Positions 58,201-64,000 of a DNA stretch of 64,000 bases are shown one piece after another. Positions within the stretch are counted from its first letter, which is position 1, and each line of letters opens with the position of its first letter. The translations under genes and the position numbers were made by a program. The notes below the pieces were generated by a model, which worked only from the letters and a program-made list of their open reading frames with translations, did no database searches and was not told where the DNA came from. The stretch is from NCBI GenBank assembly GCA_051294905.1, contig CM119384.1:10106001-10170000 (forward strand), written 5' to 3'. Source of the DNA: Botryllus schlosseri (lineage: Eukaryota).

Positions 58201-61200
58201 ATAAGTAAACAAGGGCTCGCAGGTTCTGTTAGTACACCTACTTAAACATCCTATTGAGTATATTGGCGATAATCACACCATTGTGCAAGTACTGACCTCT
58301 TTTCGGAACTAGAACGTCTTTCGCATCGTTGCGATAATAACGATCAAAATGTAACCAAGGCAGATCAAACGACGCTTTGTTGAACGATGCATTCGCTGGA
58401 TACCAGTGAGCATCCGGAGGCCATCTTCCGTCTGTCCAAATGCTGTTTTGTCCAGGAATAAGAGGAAGGATCTGATCCCGTCCCTCGTAAGACTGGACGG
58501 GCTGTGATAGATAATAATAAGATCATAGGACATAATTTTTGTAGGCTATTTTCACGATTTATCATGATGACAATCGCTTCACTAACGATTCCAGAATAAA
58601 TTAGCCGAGGGTTTCAGAGTGGAAATTCCGTGTAGGTTACGCATCATGGCATTGACATTAGCTTGAGCTGCTCGTTGAAAGAGATTCTAAAGTTTAAAAA
58701 TAGTTTTCAGAGTTGATGAGGATACTCCTCAAGTGAGAAAACATACAACTGCATTCATACAAAAAGTTACCCGCGACACAAACCTTAAGTGACATTTTAC
58801 CATGTACGATACGGATTGAAGGTAAACAATAAACCCACATATAACAGCTAACAAATGTGTGGATTTTAAAAAAGCTTTTATGTAGGTACACGCTAACAGC
58901 GCAAAATACACTCAACACAAGTAACGACTTCAAACAAAGATTCTGAATCTTCAAACAACTCGACATTTTACAGGAGTTGAGAACACGTTTATACAAATAC
59001 GGGCCTTATAATGAAACCCACCAAATCGCAAAGGAAAGAAATTAAATTGTCTCATAAATAGCTCTGTGCCCATCAATTTCCAACGCTACCAACTCGTGAA
59101 ACTACTCGAGATGAAATCAAAATCTTACTTTCGACAATTCGATCATCTGCTTCATGTGAGCTATCTCATTCAAGAGCCTTGCCGTCCGATTTAGTTCGGT
59201 ATGCATGTCGCGCTCCAACACTTGACGATGCAGCTTGTACATCAGTTCCGGCAACTTCACTGCGTGATACGTAACGGTTTTCGCCGTTCGTTTAGCAGTG
59301 AGCTGATCCATTACGACATTGGTGACAGCGCCAGTTTCCTGTTATTATTCATCATGACACCCCACTGTAATTTGTTAATAGATTGCATTATATGATTTCA
59401 CGACGTACCTTGTCATATTGCTGGTAAAATAGGTCAACGAGCTCCCAAGCAACGGGCAGTACCGCCTTAGTGTGTTTCCAAACGCATCGGCCGATTTCGA
59501 TATCTTCATGGGGAGAGTACAGATGTTGAATGCAGTACTTGATATGGGGTCTCAATTGTACCAGTAAACCTCGGCTAAATATCATCCCCAGCCCGCCCAT
59601 CAAGTATCGCATTCCTGAAACGGTCAATCACATTGTCAGTCGGACATGGCCGATTACTATATGATCCTTCGGTTATTGATCGATTTTTACCATTTTAAAA
59701 CAGTATGAATCTGCGGCGCCATGAAAAGACAGAATGAAGTAAAAAAATGGGGTGAGCGTTGAGTCGAATCTAAGTTCACCTCAAATCATGCGTATTCTCA
59801 TTTATTTGTGTATACTGAAATACACAGATATATGATATTACATATATACAGAAACTAGATAGCCTATACGTCATTTTGTTTCTTCATGTAATAATCTGTA
59901 TGTCATCCTTCATCATTAGCCATGATGGAATAGATCTTCCCCACTCTTTCTCACTCTAAGCGAACATGATTTTGAAATCATAGTCCCATATTCCTACTTA
60001 ATTATTTCATGATAAAAACATTATTTGGTATTAATTATTATTGACTCGTACACATCTTCCCAACTAACCGCTAGAGTAGATGTAATTTTTGAATTCTGGG
60101 TATGATCAGATTAGTTGAAGTTGACCATATCCGGAGTTATATTTATCACACCCTACCCTACATCATTTCTTTTGTTATTGCTTTCATACGTTCGCGCGAT
60201 TTTCGTTTAGGGTGTACATGAAACAATAAATCTCTGTCTCTCTTGAACATACTAAATCCAATCATATCTTCTGGAAGACTCTTTGAATAAAGCTATCTTG
60301 ATACACATAATGCTTTCAACACTTACGGTACTTCAACTGATGAGTGATTTTCAAAATAACAAGGGTGGATACAGAAAAGGCACCATTGTTAAATGAAGAA
60401 TATGGTATCGAAACACTCACCCTCCTCAATTCCGTCGTCTTCATCTACTCCGAATCCGGGACTTCCAAGAAAAATTGGCAGACTACTATTGAGTTTGTTT
60501 AATAGCTTCTCCAGCCTAGGAAAGTCCGTGTAGCTGTCGTCATCGGCTCTTATGAACCAATCATAGTCGTTAATATGGTAATCGTGCATATGTCTCAATA
60601 ACATAAAGCATTTCTTCTGCGGCGGGTACGCTGTGTCATCCACACCTGGCAACCTAGTGGAAAGATGAAATGTAGAAAGCGCAATAGGGAATGTCACAAA
60701 TCAATAAAGATCATACGTCACAATATTGATGTCGAGTCCTTCCGGTACTTGCAAGCGCGATGGTCCCGGGTCTGTGAAAACATCTATCCTCCATCCGCCT
60801 TTCTGAGCCCAGGTATCAACATTTCGCTGAACTCGCGATGACAAGTATTTTGATGAAGACATCATTCCTGCAAAAATACCAAAATTATTTCAGATAGAAA
60901 CGGAAAGTGAGCTATGTGATATATTGTGTTAACTGATGCTAAATATGAAAATGCAACCACAATATTATTGTCCAAAGTTAGGTGAGGATGCCTTGAGTGA
61001 CTCCTCACTATGTCAAAATGTACACCACAATGCTGCTGGCTTTCGAAGCTCCATGCTTATGGTTATGTGATACCACTGATACGGTATGTGTTAATTTGAA
61101 TACACTTGCACATTAGGGTTATGACTTGAAAAACAAAATTCAAAATATTGTGTCCTGTAATCACAAATGATGAACTTTTGTGTCCTGATTAGAAAATTCG

Positions 61201-62832
61201 CAAAAGTTACGACTGTTTACAAAAAAACCTCTTGCACAATTTTTTTCTGGCTCTCTTTTGTAGATACAGACTGTATAATATATCTATCGGTCGATTTGAA
61301 TTTAACTGACACATTTCCAATTGCGAAGATTTAAAATGGTATTTTGGTAAATTGTGATTGCCCAGATCCTATCGCGTTCTTGTTTACAGTAAAAAATATA
61401 TAATTATTAAATATTTATTAATTTCGATTTTAGATGTAGACTGTATGTATCGTATAATTTCAATTTGCCCGACACAAATCAAATTGGGTGCTCGAAAAAT
61501 TGAAAGTAGAACAACTCGAGATATTTTCAGTGGTCTAGAAAACCGATTAGAGGAATATGATGTATAGGAAAATTTGGAAACGTCATATCATATGTGACGC
61601 AGCATATGTTAATACCGGACACGGGATGGCATTGTTGTGAAACTGCAAGATGCAATGATGAGCAAGGGTTTTGATAAACTACAATATAGGCCTATTGGTT
61701 GCCAACATCATATCATCGAGTCTCAAAGTAGGCCTATATAGCAGAGTTCTTCAATCCGACGACTTCAACAAATCCAACTCTTGGCTTCAAATTTGGAGAT
61801 GATGTGGTAAGACACTAGGAAAACTCGGTACAATCCAGAAATTCAAATGAAAATATTAGAAAACCGACGATGACGGGATGATTTCAAGTTTATCTTTGAG
61901 CTGTGCAGAGCATGCCGCTCTTTGAAAGAAAATAGTAGATTACCACTAATCAAATGGCACAAACTTCCATCTCCACGCAATGCGCGATGGAGATCAAGGG
62001 TCATGATTGCGGACTTCCAGATCCCCAGACGGAGATTAACTCTGGAGATATCATGCTTATTCATCGCAAATACGTGTCAGGAAGCCTGGTATTCTAACCA
62101 GAAGTCTAAAGATGGAATATACTGGAGCCCGACCGATTATCGGTTCGCTGATAATATCGAGACTTTATCACACTTTGAAAGAATTATCGGCATCAGCCAT
62201 TGGAGGTGAAAATTATCGGCAATTTTTGTGACGTCACAATATGGCGATAGGAAGTCAGAAAACTATAATCTTTGACCGCTAGACTGATAATATTGATATA
62301 TTTAATAAAGCTTACACTTCACAGGTGTCCAGATGCATTAACCTTTCTAGCTGATTTCATATTATAACAGCGGGGCATTTTTTACGATTTGACCAAAATA
62401 ATTATAATTTATTTATTTTATACCAAAATGTTCCTTAATTCCTGCTACAGGCAAATTTTCTTCCAAGTCATAACCCTATTGCACATAGCATATCTTCATT
62501 GCAATATATAACCAGGCATTACATTGCATTATTGGCGAAATAAAGTATTACATCCCATCTTAATGGGTGGCACAGACAATATTCTAATCCATGTAACGTC
62601 ATCATAAATAAGCAGTAAAATAAATGAAACCTATGTATATCTTTGACTTTTTGGGAACTTCACTTCCATGTCGCACACCAATATCAATATTTTCCACATT
62701 GATCTTGGGATATATGAAGTAACTCTGGCTGCATCCAATACCAAGTCCGCCAAAAATGTATCGGCTACTGAATAGTCCAAGCAAGAAGCCACAAAACACC
62801 AAAACGGATTGCTTGCTTGATATTCTTCTCAT
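49220..62832 (-). CDS. CHSY1: Chondroitin sulfate synthase (CHSY1/CHSY3 orthologue), 8 coding exons, about 837 aa
   Basis: Phase-consistent exons at 62631-62832, 60717-60867, 60421-60653, 59409-59614, 59129-59338, 58297-58501, 51406-52104 and 49220-49827 (sum 2514 nt). Features include an N-terminal signal-anchor, LPGVDDTAYPPQKKCFMLLRHMHD, WFIRADDDSY, HEDIEIGRC, FSRGAG, LFFMDVD and GGFDLSIEGWGEEDI. Confidence 0.93.
50426..50724. mobile_element. hAT (Charlie-like) MITE, 299 bp, CHSY intron 7
   Basis: TIRs CAGTGGTTCTCAAACT / AGTTTGAGAACCACTG and 8-bp TSD GAGTAGAG. Confidence 0.93.
52555..52757 (-). repeat. 3' LTR (203 bp)
   Basis: Direct repeat of 56496-56698 with 4 substitutions, preceded on the - strand by the polypurine tract. 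Confidence 0.97.
52758..52771 (-). promoter_or_regulatory. Polypurine tract of the Gypsy element
   Basis: AAAGGGGGGTAGAA abutting the 3' LTR on the - strand. Confidence 0.85.
52810..56476 (-). pseudogene. Disrupted gag-pol polyprotein of the Gypsy element
   Basis: CCHC knuckles CFFCGQSFHSRYKC and CGYCGVLGHYEVVC; protease LIDSGS; RT LDLKSAYYQ...LPFG...YLDN; RNase H ECDAS...EKEA; integrase HDTLGHPG...CRIC, WERINVDF, HSDRG. Lesions: a frameshift near 54058, an in-frame TAA at 53382-53384, and a second frameshift near 53125. Confidence 0.92.
56479..56494 (-). promoter_or_regulatory. PBS-position sequence complementary to the element's own LTR (candidate self-priming site)
   Basis: TTTAAGCAACATAGAA begins 1 nt after the 5' LTR and is the exact reverse complement of LTR bases 56565-56580. 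There is no TGG start typical of tRNA PBSs. Confidence 0.75.
56496..56698 (-). repeat. 5' LTR (203 bp)
   Basis: Reads TGTGGTGATCC...GTTTACGACA on the - strand and contains AATAAA (56536-56541). Confidence 0.97.
56720..56810. repeat. Internal fragment of family C next to the Gypsy 5' LTR
   Basis: GACTAAAAAA...TTTTCCGGCTCAG.TCCCGAAATA.CCG...GTGCTGATTTAC is shared with about 3205-3280 and 48290-48365. Confidence 0.7.
61700..62210 (+). pseudogene. DNA transposase remnant (hATm-like by recalled similarity) in CHSY intron 1
   Basis: Interrupted frame RDDFKFIFELCRACRSLKENSRLPLIKWHKLPSPRNARWRSRVMIA...EISCLFIAN. The ARW motif recalls hAT-related transposases; this is from memory and not verified. 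Confidence 0.45.
62210..62400. repeat. Dispersed repeat, also at about 790-960
   Basis: Both copies share GTGACGTCACAA.ATGG.G..AGGAAGTCA.AAAACTAT.ATC.TT.ACCGCTAGA...AGGTGTCCA.ATG...ACCTTTCTAG. Confidence 0.75.
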
Positions 62833-64000
62833 AATCTGCTAGTACGTTAGATGCCGGATGATATAGATGGGCAACAAAATGTAGTTACGCACACATGAAA
62901 CGATGGAAGTATGTCTGCTTCATGGCAGTGAAATAGGCTATACTTGACACATATCTGTGAAATATATAAATATTTATAATTAAACGATTATTTTCTGCGT
63001 CATTTCATCAGCCCACAAGGTCAACAATGTGTCTTTCGCTCGTTCATCATGATGGAGACTTGATGAAAGACCAGACCTTTTATAAACGTGTCAAAAATTC
63101 GCCCAGTGGGCCGGGTCTCTTACCTTGCACATGACCAAGAACGGACAAAATTTATGATAGGGAGGAGCCATCCCAGCTGTTTCCTCCCCCCCCCACCAAT
63201 TCGGTCAAATCCAAAAATACGTCAAAAGCCGGATACCGTACCAAACCCCTAACCAACCAAACCTTCTGATCGTGATCAACAAAGCAAAAGCAAATAAAAG
63301 TCTGTCGGAATTAACCTAACCTAACCCAGCCTTATGCACAAACCCTGACAATAGAACAATGTGTGCGTGGTGCGTGCCATCGCCACACACTTGAACAATA
63401 TGAACAACGTACAACTGTACTACAATGTACATTGTACACTATGACGATGACGACACGCAAAAACCACATTAGAAAACTACTGTGATCGATCGATTGCTGT
63501 TTGGTGTTTGAAGACACGCCACCTGCCGACGACTGCGACGAACCGGACCGGCGTGTCCGCTAGGGGGCATAACTAGTTATGGGCAAAATTTTTGTTTTAT
63601 TTTTTTTTGATTATCGATCTAGAACGGAAATTTCACGCTGATTCCGAATATGTGACTACTTTGTTGGTACTCCAACTCCTTCTTGGTCAAATATACCTTA
63701 TTTTAGGGGCCATTTTAAAGAAAATTAAAAAAATTACAGTCAAATTTTCAATATAGCCGTTAGCCGTGTTCAAGCGCTTATTCTTATAGGTACAGAACAA
63801 TATTCATATTGAAATGTACCCGAATATTTTCGGTGACACTCGTCAGGGGTAATCGTCAAAATCTAGTAATGAATTGGAAATAACATTGTATATCGACAAT
63901 CGTATCACAAAATATGACGTCACCAGCTTGGAATGAAATCTCAAATAAGAGAGCGTTCCATCTACTATTTTAAGATGGTACACGAACTCCTTATGTAGAA

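Overview
AT-rich metazoan genomic DNA with spliceosomal introns, many of them 40-77 nt. An invertebrate chordate such as an ascidian is plausible, but that is inference only. I traced four genes by hand using GT-AG sites and codon phase. (1) The last four coding exons of an SLC5A6/8/12-like sodium:solute symporter (- strand, 4323-5734); I could not find its 5' exons. (2) A complete 29-exon SPEN/SHARP orthologue (- strand, 8400-40941, about 4344 aa, four RRMs plus a C-terminal SPOC domain, one 5140-nt exon). (3) CLINT1/epsinR with an uninterrupted CDS (+ strand, 44935-46764). (4) An 8-exon chondroitin sulfate synthase (- strand, 49220-62832). Introns and intergenic DNA carry many non-autonomous hAT elements with 8-bp TSDs, two large foldback structures and transposase remnants. 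A compact 4144-bp Ty3/Gypsy LTR retrotransposon (5-bp TSD, 203-bp LTRs) sits in CHSY intron 6, and a solo LTR of the same family sits in SPEN intron 27. The most striking observation concerns this retroelement. It has no recognisable tRNA primer-binding site. The PBS position instead holds a perfect 16-nt complement of its own LTR, in the geometry needed for self-primed reverse transcription. It also has a YLDN rather than YxDD RT motif and lacks a chromodomain. All coordinates are hand-derived and no database searches were run.
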